From assembly GCF_009834535.1 (NCBI RefSeq), contig NC_045697.1, positions 119,166,001 to 119,230,000 on the forward strand: a stretch of DNA of 64,000 nt. The letters are read 5' to 3'. A program made the translations under genes and the position numbers. The notes under the pieces were generated by a model that saw only the letters and a list, made by a program, of their open reading frames with translations, was not told where the DNA came from and did not search any database. Source of the DNA: Camelus ferus. Its lineage: Eukaryota. Below are positions 26,201-39,900 of this stretch, piece by piece; the first letter of the stretch is position 1; every line of letters begins with the position of its first letter.

Positions 26201-29200
26201 TTGGAGCTACTAACTAGCCATATATATCTATTGAGTGGAGTTTGCACCTGGAAAGAAACTTTGTGTTCCCAACATGCTTGGTGAAGGACGGCTTTCACAC
26301 ACACTTATCTCTCAGATCTGAGCATGTGGAGAAACGTTCGTTCATCTAGCACAAATGGAACGGTTTGCAGTAGAAACAGTTACTCTGGAATCTCAGTGTG
26401 TTTCCCATTGCGGGTTTGAATTTTCTGCAGTTTTCACTGTCAAACTGAGTGGGAGCTAGTACCTCCCCAAATATATGTATGGAGTGGTGTTTGCACCTGA
26501 AAAGGAACTTTGTTTTCCCAACAAGCTAAGTGAAGGAAGGCTTTCACACACAATTAACTCTCAGAAGAGAGCATGTGGAGAGACGTTCGTTCATCTAGCA
26601 AAACCGAACGGGTTGTAGGAGAATCTTTTACCCTTGTTTCTCAGTCTGTTTCTTGTGCCGGTTTGAAGTTCCTGCAGTTTTCACTGTAAAACCGAGCTAG
26701 AGATTGTACCACCCCATATATATGTAAGGAGTCGTGTTTGCAACTGAAAAATATCATTGTATTCCCAACAAGCTATGTGAAGGACGGCTTTCACACACAA
26801 TTTTCTCTCAGAACTGAGCATCTGGAAAGATGTTCGTCCATCTAGCACAAAGGGATCAGGTGGCAGGAGAAACTTTACTCTGGTTTCTCATTGTTTTTCC
26901 CAGTGCCGGGTTGAAGTTCCTGCAGTTTTCACTGTAAAACTGATTTGGATCTAGTACCTACATATACATATGTATGGAGTGGAGTTTGCATCTGAAAAGA
27001 AACTTTGTGTTCCCAACAAGCTAGGTGAAGGATGGCTTTAACACACACTAATCTCTCAGAACTGAGCATGTGGAGAAACGTTCGTTTATCTAGAACAAAG
27101 GGAACGGGTTGTAGGGGAAACTATTTCTCTGGTTCTCAGGCTGTTTCCTAGTGCCGGTTTGAAATTCCTGCAGTTTTCACTGTAAAACCGAATTTTAGCT
27201 AGTACATCCCCGTATATTTGTATGGAGTGGGGTTTGCAACTGAAAAGAACTTTGTGTTCCCAACAAGCTTGGTGAAGGACGGCTTTCACACACACTTATC
27301 TCTCAGAACTGAGCTTGTGGAGAGACATTCGTTCATCTAGCACAAAGGGAACGGGTGGCAGGAGGAACTTATACTCTTGATACTCAGTCTGTTCTTTGTG
27401 ACAGTTTGAAGTTCCTGCAGTTTTCACTGTAAAAAAGAATTGGATCTAATAACTCCCTATATATATATATGGAGTGGGGTTGGCAACTGAAAAGAAACAT
27501 TGTGTTCCCAACAAGCTAGGTGAAGGATGTCTTTCACACACAATTATTTCTCAGAAATAAGCATGTGGAGAGACTTTCGTTCATCTAGCACAAAGGGAAC
27601 TGGTTGCAGGAGAAACTTTTACTCTGGTTTCTCAGTCTGTTTCCTAGTGCCGGTTTGAATTTTCTACAGTTTTCACTGTAAAATCTAGTTGGAACTTGTA
27701 CCTCCCCATATATATGTATGGATTGGTGTTTGCACCTGACCAGAATCTATGTGTTCCCAACAAGTTAGGTGAAGTACGGCTTTCACACACACTTATCTCT
27801 CAGAACTGAGCATGTGGAGATACGTTCGTTCATCTAGCAAAAATGGAACGGTTTGCAGGAGAAACTTTTACTCTTGTATCTCAGTCTGTTTCCTAGTTCC
27901 GTTTTGAAATTCCTGCTGTTTTCACTTTAAAACCGAGTTGGAGCTAGTAACTCCCCGTATATATGTATGGATTGGAATTTCCAAATGAAAAATATCTTTA
28001 TATTCAGAACAAGCTAGTTGAAGGAAGTGTTTCAAACACAATTATCTCTCAGAACTGTGAATGTGGAAAGATTTTCGTTCATCTAGCACAAAGTTAAAGG
28101 GTTGCAGAAGAAACTTTTACTCTGGATTCTCAGTCTGTTTCCTAGTGCCGGTTTGAAGTTACTGCATTTTTCACTGTAAAACCGAGTTGAAGCTAGTACC
28201 TCCCCGCATATATTATGGAGTGGGTTTAGCAAATCAAAAGAAACTTTGTGTTCCCAACAAGCTAGGTGAAGGACGGCTTTCACACACACTTATCTCTCAG
28301 AACTGAGCATGTGGAGAGACTTTCGTTCATCTAGCACAAATGGAAAGGGTTTCAGGAGTAAATTTTTCTCTAGTTTCTCAGTGTGTTTCCCAGTGCCTGT
28401 TTGAAGTTCCTGCAGTTTTCACTGTAAAACCGTGTTGGAGTTCGTACCTCCCCATATATATGTATGGAGTAAAGTTTGCAACTGAAAAGAAACTTTGTGT
28501 TCCCAACAAGCTAGGTGAGGGAAGGCTTTCACACACACTAATCAATAAGAACTGAGAATGTGGAGAGATATTCGTTCATCTAGCAAGATAGGAACGGTTT
28601 TCAGGAGAAACAGTTACTCTGGTTTCTCAGTCTGTTTCCTAGTGCCGGTTTGAAGTTCCTGCAGTTTTCACTGTAAAATTGATTTGGAGCTAGTACCTCC
28701 CAGTATAAATGTATGGAGTGGTGTTTGCAAATGAAAAGAAACTTTGTGTTCCCAACAAGCTAGTTGAAAGACGTCTTTCACACACATTTATATCTCAGAT
28801 CTGAGCATGTGGAGAGACGTTCGTTCATCTAGCACAAATGGAACGGTTTGCAGTGGAAACAATTACTCCTGTTTACCATTGTGTTTCCAAGTGCCGGGTT
28901 GATATTCCTGCAGTTTTTACTGTATAACCGATTTGGTGCTAGTACCTCCCCATATGTATGTATATTGTGGAGTTTGCAACTGAAAAGAAACTTTGTGTTC
29001 CCAACAAGCTATGTGAGGGACGACATTCACACACACTTATCTCTAAGAACTGAGCATGTGGAGAGTCATTCATTCATCTAGCACAAAAGGAACGGTTTTA
29101 AATAGAATCTTTTACTCTGGTTTCTCAGTCTGTTTCCTAGTGCCGGTTTGAAGTTCCTGCAGTTTTCACTGTAAAATGGATTTGGAGCTAGTACCTCCCC

Positions 29201-31317
29201 ATATAAATGTATGGAGTGATGTTTGCAACTGAAAAGAAACTTTGTGTTCCCAACAAGCTAGGTGAAGTACGGCTTTCACAAACACTTATCTCTCAGAAGT
29301 TAGCATGTGGAGAGACGTTCGTTCATCATGCACAAAGGGAACGTTTTGCAGGAAAAAATTTTACTCTGGTTTCTCAGTCTGTTTTCTAATGCCGGCTTGA
29401 ATTTCCTGCAGTTTTCTCTGTTAAAATGATTTGGAGCTAGTTCCTCTCCATATATATGTATGGAGTGGAGTGTGCAACGGAAAAGAAAATTTGTGTTCCC
29501 AATAAGCTAGGTGAAGGACGGATTTCAAACACACTTTTCTCTCAGAACAGAGCATCTGGAGAGACTTTCGTTCATCTAGCACAAATGGAAAGGGTTTCAG
29601 GAGAAAATTTTTCTCTAGTTTCTCAGTGTGTTTCCCAGTGCCTGTTTAAAGTTCCTGCAGTTTTCACTGTAAAACCGTGTTGGAGCTCGTACCTCCCCAT
29701 ATATATGTATGGAGTAAAGTTTGCAACTGAAAAGAAACTTTGTGTTCCCAACAAGCTAGGTGAGGGAAGGATTTCACACACACTTATCAATAAGAACTGA
29801 GAATGTGGAGAGATATTCGTTCATCAAGCACGATAGGAACGGTTTTCAGGAGAAACAGTTACTCTGGTTTCTCAGTCTGTTTCCTAGTGCCGGTTTGAAG
29901 TTCCTGCAGTTTTCACTGTAAAATGGATTTGGAGCTAGTACCTCCCCATATAAATGTATGGAGTGGTTTTTGCAACTGAAAAGAATCTTTGTGTTCCCAA
30001 GAAGCTAGGTGAAGGACAGCTTTCACACACAGTTATCTCACAGAACTGAGCATGGGGAGAGACTTTCGTTCATCTAGCACAAAGTAAAATGTTGGCAGGA
30101 TAAACTATTACTCTGGTTTCTCAGTCTGTTTTCTAGTTGCGGTCTAAACTTCCTGCAGTTTTCACTGTAAAAACGCGTTGGAGCTAGTACCTCCCCTTAT
30201 ATATGTATGGAGTGGAGTTTGCACCTGAAAAGAAACTTTGTGTTCCCAACTAGCTATGTGAAGAATGGTTTCACACACACTTATGTCTCAGAACTTAGCA
30301 AGTGGAGAGACGTTCGTTCATCTAGCACAAAGGAATATGGTTGCAGGATAAACTTTTACTCTGGTTTTTCAGTCTGATTCCTAGTACCGGTTTGAAGTTC
30401 CTGCAGTTTTCATTGTAAAATCTAGTTGGAGCTTGTACCTACCCATATATATGTATGGAGTGGAGTTTGCACCTGACCAGAAACTTTGTGTTCTTAACAA
30501 GCTAGGTGAAGGACGGCTTTCACACACACTTATCTCTCAGAACTGAGCATGTGGAGAGACTTTCGTTCATCTAGCACAAAGGGAACAGGTTGCAGGGGCA
30601 ACTTTTACTTTGGATTCTCAGTATGTTTCCTAGTGCCGGTTTTAAGTGCCTGCAGTTTTCACTGTAAAAGTGAGTTGGAGCTAGTACCTCCTCGTATATA
30701 TGTATTGAATGGGGTTTGCAACTGAAAAGAAACTGTGTGTTCCCATCAAGCTAGGTAAAGTACGGCTTTCACACACACTTTTCTCTCAGTACTGAGCATG
30801 TGGAGAGACTTTCGTTCATTTAGCACCAAGGGAACGGTTTGCAGGGAAACATTTACTCTGGATTCTCAATATGTTTCCTAGTGCCGGTTTGAATTTCCTG
30901 CAGATTTCACTGTAAAAGCGAGTTGGTGCTTGTACCTCCCCATATATATGTATAGAGTGGAGATTGCAACTGAAAGAAACTTTGTGTTCCCAACAAGCTA
31001 GGTGAAGGAAGGCTTTAACACACACTTATCTCTCAGAACCGAGCATTTGGAGAGACGTTCGTTCATCTAGAAACAATGGAACTGGTTGCAGGTGAAACTA
31101 TCACTCTAGTATATCAGTGTGTTTCCCAGTGCCGGTTTGAAGTTCCTGCAGTTTTTTCTTTAAAACAGTTTTGGAGCTAGTAACCCCATATATATGTATG
31201 AAGTGGAGTTTGCAGATGAAAAGAATCTTTGTGTTCCCAACAAGCTATTTGAGGGCTGCATACACACACACTTATCTATCAGAACTGAGCATGTGGAGAG
31301 ACGTTCGTTCATCTAGC
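20251..31317 (+). repeat. Same satellite, forward orientation (contig 2)
   Basis: Same monomer landmarks and ~249 bp spacing on the + strand. Confidence 0.98.
20700..21690 (+). repeat. Recent tandem duplication of 2 monomers (497 bp)
   Basis: Marker ORFs 20806/21303 differ by one residue and have offset 497. ACGACGTTGAG and GAGATGGTGGACAG each occur twice. Confidence 0.9.
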
Positions 31318-31417
31318 NNNNNNNNNNNNNNNNNNNNNNNNNNNNNNNNNNNNNNNNNNNNNNNNNNNNNNNNNNNNNNNNNNNNNNNNNNNNNNNNNNN
31401 NNNNNNNNNNNNNNNNN
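31318..31417. other. Assembly gap, 100 N, coinciding with the strand switch of the array
   Basis: Run of exactly 100 N. Monomers read forward to its left and reverse-complement to its right. Confidence 0.99.
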
Positions 31418-33949
31418 AATTCAAACCGGCACTAGGAAACAGACTGAGAAACCAGAGTAAAAATTTTCCTGAAAACCGTTCCCTTTGTGCTAGATGAACG
31501 AACGTCTCTCCACATGCACTGTTCTGAGAGAGATTGGTGTGTAAAAGCCGTCCTTCAACTAGCTGTTGGAAACAAAGTTTCTTTCAGGTGCAAACTACCT
31601 CATAGATATTATGGGGAGGTACAAACTTCAACTCGATTTAAAGTGAAAACTGCAGGAACTTCAAATCGGCACTAGGAAACAGACTGAGAAACAAGAGTAA
31701 AAGTTTCTCCTGCAAACCGTTTTTTGTGCTACATAAACGAACGTCTCTCCACATGCTCAGATCTGAGTGATAAGGGTGTTTAAAGCCGTCTTCACATAGC
31801 TTGTTGGGAACACAAAGTTACTTTTCATGAGCCAATTCCACCCCATACATATATATGGGGAGATACAAGCACCAAATCGGTTTTACAGTGAAAACTGCAG
31901 GAACTTCATACCGGCACTAGAAAACATACTGAGAAACCAGAGTAAAAGTATCTCCTGCAATCCGTTCCCTTTTTGCTAGATGAACGATCGTCTCTCCACA
32001 TGCTCAGTTCTGAGAGATAAGTGTGTGTGAAAGCCGTCCTCAACTAGCTTGTTGGGAACACAAAGTATCCTTCAGGTGCAAACTCCACTCCATATATATA
32101 TATGGGGATGTACTAGCTCCAACTCAGTTTCACAGTGAAAAATTCAGGAACTTCAAACCGGCACTAGGAAACAGACTGAGAAAAAGAGAAAAAGTTTCTC
32201 CTTCAACGTTCCCTTTTTGCTAGATGACCGACGAACGTCTCTACACATGCTCCGTTGAGAGATAAGTGTGTGTGAACGCGTACTCAACTAGCTGTTTGGT
32301 AACACAAAGTTTTTTTTCAGGTGCAAAACACCAATCCAATACATATATATGGGGAGGTACTAGTTCCACTAGGATTTACAGTGAAAAATGTAGGAAACTT
32401 TCAAACAAGCATTGGAAACAGACGAGAAACCAGAGTAAAAGTTTATCCTGCAACCAGTTCCTCTGTGTAGATGAACCAACGTCTCTCCACATGCTCAGTT
32501 TTCTGAGAGAAAAGTGTGTGTGAATGCGTCCTTCACCTAGCTTGTTGGTACACAAGTTCTTTACAGGTGCAAACTCCACTCCATACAAATATGGGGAATT
32601 ACTAGCTCCAACTCGATTTACAGTGAAACTGCAGTAACTTCAAACCGGCCCTAGGAAACAGACTGAGAAACCGAGAAAAGTTTTTCCTGAAAACCGTTCC
32701 CTTTGTGATAGATGAACGAAAGTCTCTCCAAATGCTCAGTTCTGAGAGATAAGTGTGTGTGAATGCCGTCCTTCAACTAGCTTGTTTGGAACATAAAGTT
32801 TCTATTCAGGTGCAATCTCCACTCCATACATATATATGGGGAGGTATTAGATCCAACTCGATTTTATAGTGAAACTGCAGGAATTTCTACCTGCACTAGG
32901 AAACAGGACTGAGAAAACAGAGTAAAAGTTTCTCCTGCAAACCGTTCCATTTGTGCTAAAAGAACGAACGTCTCTCACATGCTCAGTTCTGAGCGAAAAT
33001 TGTGTGTTAAAGCCATCCTTCACCTAGCTTGTTTGGAACACAAGTTTCTTATCAGTAGCAATTCCACCCCATACATATATATGGGGAGGTACTAGCTCCA
33101 AATCGCTTTTACAGTGAAAACTGCAGGAACTTCAAATCAGCACTAGGAAACATACTGAGAACCAGAGTAAAATTTTCTCGTGCAAGCCGTTCCCTTTATG
33201 CTAGATGAACGATCGTCTCTCCACATGCTCAGATTGAGAGATAAGTGTGTGTGAAAGCCGTCTTTCACCTAGCTTGTTGGGAACACAAAGTATCTTTCAG
33301 GTGCAACTCCACTCCATACATATATATGGGGATGTACTAGCTCCAACTCGGTTTACAGTGAAAAATTCAGGAACTTCAAACCGGGACTAGGAAACAGACT
33401 GAGAAACCAGAGTAATAGTTCCTCCTTCAAACGGTTCCCTTTGTGCTAGATGAACGAACGTCTCTACACATGCTCAGTTCTGAGAGATAAGTGTGTGTGA
33501 AAGACGTTCTTCAACTAGCTTGTTGGTAACACAAAGTTTCTTTTCAGGTGCAATCTCCATCCATACATAATTATGGGGAGGTACTAGCTCGAACTCGATT
33601 TTACAGAAAAAATGCAGGAATTTCAAACTGGCACTAGGAGTCAGACTGAGAAACCAGAGTAAAATTTTCTCCTGCAAACCGTTCCCTTTGTGCTAGATGA
33701 ACGAACGTCTCTCCACATACTCAGTATTGAGGGAAAAGTGTGTGTAAAAGCCGTCCTTCATCTAGCTTGTTGGGAAAAAAGAGTTTCTTTTCAGTTGCAA
33801 ACTCCATTCCATATATATTTAAGGTTAGGTACTAACTGCAACTCGTTTTTACATTGAAAACTACAGGAATTTCAAACCGGCCCTAGGAAACAGTCTGAGA
33901 AACCAGAGTAAAATTTTGTCCGGCAAACCGTTTATTTGTGCTAGATGAA

Positions 33950-36900
33950 CGAACGTCTGTCCACATAATCTGTTCTGAGAGATAAGTGTGTGTGAAAGCC
34001 GTATTTAACCTAGCTTGTTGGGAACACAAAGTTTCTTTTTAGTTGCAAACTCCACTCCAAACATATATAAGGGGAGGTACTAGCTCCAACTCGGTTTTAC
34101 AGTGAAAATTGCAAGAATTTCATACCGGAACTAGGAAAAAGACTGAGAATCCAGAGTAAAAGTTTCCCCTGCAAACCCGTTCCTATGTGCTAGATGAACG
34201 AACGTCTCTCCACATGCTCAGTTCTGAGAGATAATTGTGTGTGAATGCCGTACTTCACATAACTTTTTGGGAACAAATAGTTTCTTTAAGTGCAAACTCC
34301 AATCCATACATATTATAGGGAAGTACTAGCTCCAAATGGAATTTTACAGTGAATCTGCAGGAACTTCAAACCGGCACTAGGAAACAGACTGGAAACCAGA
34401 GTAAAAGTTTCTCCTGCAACCCACTCCATTTTTGCCAAATGAACGAACGTCTCTCCACATGCTCATATCTGAGAAATAAGTGTGTGTGAAAGCCGTCCTT
34501 CTAATAGCATGTTGGGAACACAAAGTTTCTTTTCAGTTGCTAAATCCTCTCCATACATATATATGGGGAGGTACTAGCTCCAAATCGATTTTAGAGTGAA
34601 TCTGCAGGAACTTCAAACAGGCACTAGGATACAGACTGAGAAACCAGATTAAAAATTTCTCCTGAAAACCGTTCTTTTTCTGCTAGATGAACGAATGCCT
34701 CTCCACATGCTCAGTTCTGAGAGATAGTGTGTATGAAAGCCGTCCTTCACCTATGTTTTTGGGAACACAAAGTTTCTTTTCAGGTGCAAACACCAATACA
34801 TATATATATATGGGGAGAAATAGCTCCAGATTTTTTTACAGTGAAAACTGCAGGAACATCAAACCGCTACTAGGTAACAGACTGAGATATCAGAGTAAAT
34901 GTTACTCCTGCAACCGTTCCATTTGTGCTAGATGAACGAACGTCTCTCCACATGCTCAGTTCTGGGAGATTAGTGTGTGTGAAGCCGTTCTTCAACTAGC
35001 TTTTTGGGAACACAAAGATTCTTTCAGTTGCAAACACCAATACATATATATATATTGGGAAGTACAATCTCCAACACAATTTTACTTTGAAAACTGCAGG
35101 AATTTCATAATGGAACTTGGAAACAGACTGAGAAACCAGAGAAAAAGTTTCTCCTGCAACATATTCCCTTTGTGATAGATGAATGAACGTCTCCCCACAT
35201 GCTCAGTTCTGAGAGATAATTGTGTGTATAAGCCGTCCTTCACATAACTTGTTGGTAACACAAAGTTTTTTTCAGTTGCAAACACCAATCCATACATATA
35301 TATAGGGAGGTACTAGCTACAACTCGATTTTACAGTTATTCTGCAATAACTTCAAACCGGCACTAGGAAACCGACTGAAAACAAGAGTAAAAGTTTCTCC
35401 TGCAAACCACGCCATTTGTGCAAAATGAACGAACCTCTTTCCACATGCTCAGATCTGAGAGATAAGTGTGTGTGAAAGCCGTCCTTCACCTAGCTTGTTG
35501 GGAACACAAAAAGTTTCTTTTCAGTAGCTAAATCCACTCCATACATATATATGGGGAGGTACTAGCTCCAACTCGATTTTACAGTGAAAACTTCAGGAAC
35601 TTCCAACCGGCACTAGGAAACATACTGAGAAACCAGATAAAAATTTCTCCTGAAAACCGTTCTTTTTCTGCTAGATGAACGAATGTCTCTCCACATGCTC
35701 AGTTCTGAGAGATAAGTGTGTGTGAAAGCCGTCCCTCACATATCTTGTTGGGAACAGAAAGTTTCTTTCAGTTGCAAACTCCAACCATACATATATATGG
35801 GGAGGTATTAGCTCCAACTCGGTTTTACAGTGATAACTGCAGGAACTTCAAACCGGCACTGGGAAACACACTGAGAAACCAGAGTAAAAATTTCTCCTGA
35901 CACCCGTTCAATTTTTGCTAGATGAACGAACGTCTTTCCACATGCTCAGTTCTGAGAGTTATGTGTTTGTGAAAGCCGTCCTTCACATAGCTTGTTGGGA
36001 ACACAAAGATTCTTTTCAGTTGCAAAATCCACTCCATACATATATAAGGGAGGTACTAGCTCCAAATCGGTTTTACATTTAAAACTGCAGGAATTTTATA
36101 CCGGAACCAGGAAACAGACTGAGAAACCAGAGAAAAAGTTTCTCCTGCGACCAGTTCCCTTTGTGCTAATGAACGAACGTCTCTCCACATGCTAATTTCG
36201 TAGAGGTAAATGTGTGTGAAAGCCGTTTTTCACTTATATTTTTGGGAACACAAAGTTTCTTTTAAATTGCAAACACCAATCCTTACATATATATAGGGAG
36301 GTACTAGCTCCAACTCGATTTTACAGTGAATCTGCAGGAACTTTAAAACGGCACTAGGAAACAAACTGAAAACCAGAGTAAAAGTTTCTCCTGAAACCGG
36401 TTCACTTTGTGCTACATGAACCAACGTCTCTCCACATGCTCAGTTCTGAGAGATAAGTGTGTGTAAAAGCCGTAATTCACCTAGCTTGTTGGGAACAAAA
36501 AGTTTCTTTTCAGGTGCAAACTCCACTCCATATATATATATGGGGTGGTATTAGCTCCAACTCTGTTTGACTGTGAAAACTGCAGGAACTTCAAACTGGC
36601 ACTAGGAAATATACTGAGAAACCAGAGAAATAGTTTCTCCGGCAACCCGTTTGTTATTTGCTAGATGAATGAAAGTCTGTCCACATGCTCAGTTCTGAGA
36701 GATATGTGTGTGTGAAAGCCGTACTTCATAAACCTTGTTGGGAACACAAAGTTTCTTTTTAGTTGCAAACTCAAATCCATAGGTATATGATTGAGGTACT
36801 AGCTCCAACTCGGTTTTACAGTGAAAACTGCAGGAATTTCCTACCGGAACTAGGAAACATACTGAGAAACCAGAGTAAAAGTGGCTCCTGCCACCCGTTC

Positions 36901-39900
36901 CCTTTGTGCTAGATGAACGAACGTCTCTCCACATGCTCAGTTCTGAGAGATAATTGTGTGTGAAAGCCGTACTTCACATAGCATTTTGAAAACACAAAGT
37001 TTCTTTTCAGGTGCCAAACCCACTCCATAAATATGTATGGGGTGGTACTAACTCCAAATCGGTTTTACAGAGATAACTGCAGGAACTTGAAACCGGCACT
37101 TGGAAACAGAGTGAGAAACCAGATTAAAAATTTCTCCTGAAAACCGTTCTTTTTCTGCTAGATGAATGAATGTCTCTCCACATGCTAAATTCTGAGAGAT
37201 ACGTGTGTGTGAAAGCTGTCATTCAACGAGCTTGTTGGGAACACAAAGTTTCTTTTAAGATGCAAACTCCAATCCATACATATATATGTGGAGGTATTAG
37301 CTCCAAATGTGTTTTACAGTGAAAACTGCAGGAACTTAAAACCGGCACTAGGAAACAGACTGAGAAACCACAGTAAATGTTTCTCCTGCAACCCGTTCCT
37401 TTGTGCTAGATGAACGAACGTCTCTCCACATGCTCAGTTCTGAGTGATAAGTTTGTGTGAAAGCCTTCCTTCACCTAGCTTGTTGGGAACACAAAGTTTG
37501 TTTTCAGGTGAAAACTCCACACCATACATATATACGGTGAGGAACTAGCTCCAAACTGGTTTTACACTAAAACTGCAGGAACTTCAATCCGGCACTAGGA
37601 AACAGAATGAGAATCCAGAGTAATAGTTTCTCCTGCAAACCGTTCACTTTGTGCTAGATGAACGAACGTCTCTCCACATGCTCAGTTCTGAGAAAAAAGT
37701 GTGTGTGAAAGCCGTCCTTCAACTAGCTTTTCGGGAACACAAAGTTTCTTTTCAGGTGCAAACTCCACTCCATACATATATATGGGGAGGTATTTGCTCG
37801 AACTCATTTTGACAGTGAAACTGCAGGAACTTCAAACTGGCACTAGGAAACATACTGAGAAAAAAGAGAAAAAGTTTCTCCGGCAACCCTTTTCTTTGTG
37901 CTAGATGAACGAACGTCTGTCCACATAATCTGTTCTGAGAGATAAGTGTGTGTGAAAGCCGTATTTAACCTAGCTTGTTGGGAACACAAAGTTTCTTTTT
38001 AGTTGCAAACTCCACTCCAAACATATTTAAGGGGAGGTAATAGCTCCAACTCGGTTTTACAGTGAAAATTGCAAGAATTTCATACCGGAACTAGGAAAAA
38101 AACTGAGAATCCAGAGTAAAAGTTTCCCCTGCAACCCGTTCCTATGTGCTAGATGAACGAACGTCTCTCCACATGCTCAGTTCTGAGAGATAATTGTGTG
38201 TGAATGCCGTACTTCACATAACTTTTTGGGAACAAATAGTTTCTTTTCAGTTGCAAACTCCAATCCATACATATATATAGGGAAGTACTAGCTCCAAATG
38301 GATTTTACAGTGAATCTGCAGGAACTTCAAACCGGCACTAGGAAACAGACTGGAAACCAGAGTAAAAGTTTCTCCTGCAACCCACTCCATTTTTGCCAAA
38401 TGAACGAACGTCTCTCCACATGCTCATATCTGAGAAATAAGTGTGTGTGAAAGCCGTCCTTCTAATAGTTTTTTGTTAACACAAAGTTTCTTTTCAGTTG
38501 CTAAATCCTCTCCATACATATATATGGGGAGGTACTAGCTCCAAATCGAATTTAGAGTGAATCTGCAGGAACTTCAAACAGGCACTAGTATACAGACTGA
38601 GAAACCAGATTAAAAATTTCTCCTGAAAACCGTTCTTTTTCTGCTAGATGAACGAATGCCTCTCCACATGCTCAGTTCTGAGAGATAAGTGTGTATGAAA
38701 GCCGTCCTTCACCTTTGTTTTTGGGAACACAAAGTTTCTTTTCAGGTGCAAACACCAATACATATATATATATGGGGAGGAAATAGCTCCAGATTTTTTT
38801 ACAGTGAAAACTTCAGGAACATCAAACCGGTACTAGGTAACAGACTGAGATATCAGAGTAAATGTTACTCCTGCAACCCGTTCAATTTGTGCTAGATGAA
38901 CGAACGTCTCTCCACATGCTCAGTTCTGGGAGATTAGTGTGTGTGAAAGCCGTTCTTCAACTAGCTTTTTGGGAACACAAAGATTGTTTTCAGTTGCAAA
39001 CACCAATACATATATATATATATTGGGAAGTACAATCTCCAACACAATTTTACTTTGAAAACTGCAGGAGTTTCATAATGGAACTTGGAAACAGACTGAG
39101 AAACCAGAGAAAAAGTTTCTCCTGCAACATATTCCCTTTGTGATAGATGAATGAACGTCTCCCCACATGCTCAGTTCTGAGAGATAATTGTGTGTATAAG
39201 CCACCCTTCACATAACTTGTTGGTAACACAAAGTTTTTTTCAGTTGCAAACACCAATCCATACATATATATAGGGAGGTACTAGCTACAACTCGATTTTA
39301 CAGTTATTCTGCAGGAAATTCAAACCGGCACTAGGAAACAGACTGAAAACTAGAGTAAAAGTTTCTCCTGCAAACCACGCCATTTGTGCAAAATGAACGA
39401 ATCTCTTTCCACATGCTCAGATCTGAGAGATAAGTGTGTGTGAAAGCCGTCCTTCACCTAGCTTGTTGGGAACACAAAGTTTCTTTTCAGTAGCTAAATC
39501 CACTCCATACATATATATGGGGAGGTACTAGCTCCAACTCGATTTTACAGTGAAAACTTCAGGAACTTCCAACCGGCACTAGGAAACAGACTGAGAAACC
39601 AGATTAAAAATTTCTCCTGAAAACCGTTCTTTTTCTGCTAGATGAACGAAGTCTCTCCACATGCTCAGTTCTGAGAGATAAGTGTGTGTGAAAGCCGTCC
39701 CTCACATAGCTTGTTGGGAACAGAAAGTTTCTTTTCAGTTGCAAACTCCAACCATACATATATATGGGGAGGTATTAGCTCCAACTCGGTTTTACAGTGA
39801 TAACTGCAGGAACTTCAAACCGGCACTAGGAAACAGACTGAGAAACCAGATTAAAAATTTCTCCTGAAAACCGTTCTTTTTCTGCTAGATGAATGAATGT

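Noticed and set aside
31318..31417. Giant palindrome or foldback centred on gap 2
   Set aside because: The flanks have opposite polarity but carry different monomer variants and are not mirror copies.
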